This document shows positions 53,372-53,391 of a stretch of DNA of 53,391 nt, piece by piece. The notes beneath the pieces were generated by a model. That model had not been told where the DNA came from, made no database searches, and saw only the letters and a list, made by a program, of their open reading frames with translations. The position numbers and the translations under genes were made by a program. Each line of letters starts with the position of its first letter. Within the stretch, counting starts at the first letter, position 1. Source of the DNA: Parcubacteria group bacterium (GTDB lineage: Bacteria; Patescibacteriota; JABMPQ01); the NCBI GenBank assembly GCA_013202585.1, contig JABMPQ010000038.1:1-53391 (forward strand). Direction: 5' to 3'.

Positions 53372-53391
53372 TTCAAAACCTATTGCCCCAC
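53372..53391. repeat. right copy of the perfect 20-bp inverted repeat (partner 91..110); truncated by the window end
   Basis: Exact reverse complement of 91..110. The match runs to the last base of the window, so its real length is unknown. Confidence 0.75.

Noticed and set aside
91-53391. The 20-bp terminal inverted repeats as ends of a 53-kb composite transposon
   Set aside because: The interval contains core essential genes (rpoB, rpoC, uvrA, radA, tsaD) and no transposase. A dispersed repeat or an assembly-end effect is more plausible.
1-53391. CRISPR arrays, rRNA genes, alternative genetic code (UGA recoding), diversity-generating retroelement
   Set aside because: I saw no regularly spaced direct repeats, no rRNA-like sequence and no reverse transcriptase. 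Long conserved genes are intact under the standard bacterial code, so recoding is unnecessary.

Overview
This 53.4-kb window comes from a low-GC bacterium (about 40% by eye) whose native genes mostly lack Shine-Dalgarno (SD) sequences. The gene content (FemAB, PrgI/VirB4/VirB6-like proteins, two-TM pilin-like modules, many membrane-anchored ORFans) fits a Patescibacteria/CPR-type episymbiont best; that placement is inference. Positions 1-30.3 kb are mostly housekeeping genes: 2-hydroxyacid dehydrogenase, CorC/CNNM transporter, gpmI, rnhB, a methyltransferase, a phosphohexomutase, an M23 peptidase, tsaD, femAB-like, ruvA, rpoC, rpoB, uvrA, a PP2C phosphatase and radA. Three things interrupt this block. 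(i) A tRNA locus holds tRNA-Arg(TCG) and tRNA-Ala(GGC), each next to a partial tRNA copy broken at the same T-loop position (TTC|GAA). One break carries a GIY-YIG nuclease ORF and the other a 31-nt double hairpin. (ii) Small GC-rich islands encode secreted or membrane Cys/Pro-rich ORFans that have strong SD sites, unlike the native genes. (iii) A promoter-proximal 142-nt structured leader RNA lies upstream of the first gene. Positions 30.4-50.1 kb are the most interesting part: a tightly packed 14-gene minus-strand operon bounded by a near-consensus promoter and a terminator. It encodes a type IV secretion-like apparatus: VirB4 ATPase, a free-standing VirB4 N-domain paralog, a PrgI/VirB3-like protein, a VirB6/TrbL-like polytopic protein, two VirB2/TrbC-like pilin modules fused to Cys-rich ectodomains, and a VirB1-like lytic transglycosylase fused to an SGNH hydrolase. 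It also encodes a 1143-aa surface protein, Ca-binding repeat proteins and two anchored beta-propellers. The window holds no relaxase, coupling protein, VirB11 or integrase. After the operon come rsmA (with a 20-nt perfect palindrome in frame), a UbiA-family fusion protein and another GC-enriched ORFan. A perfect 20-bp inverted repeat links positions 91-110 to the last 20 bases of the window. I saw no CRISPR array, rRNA, transposase or integrase.
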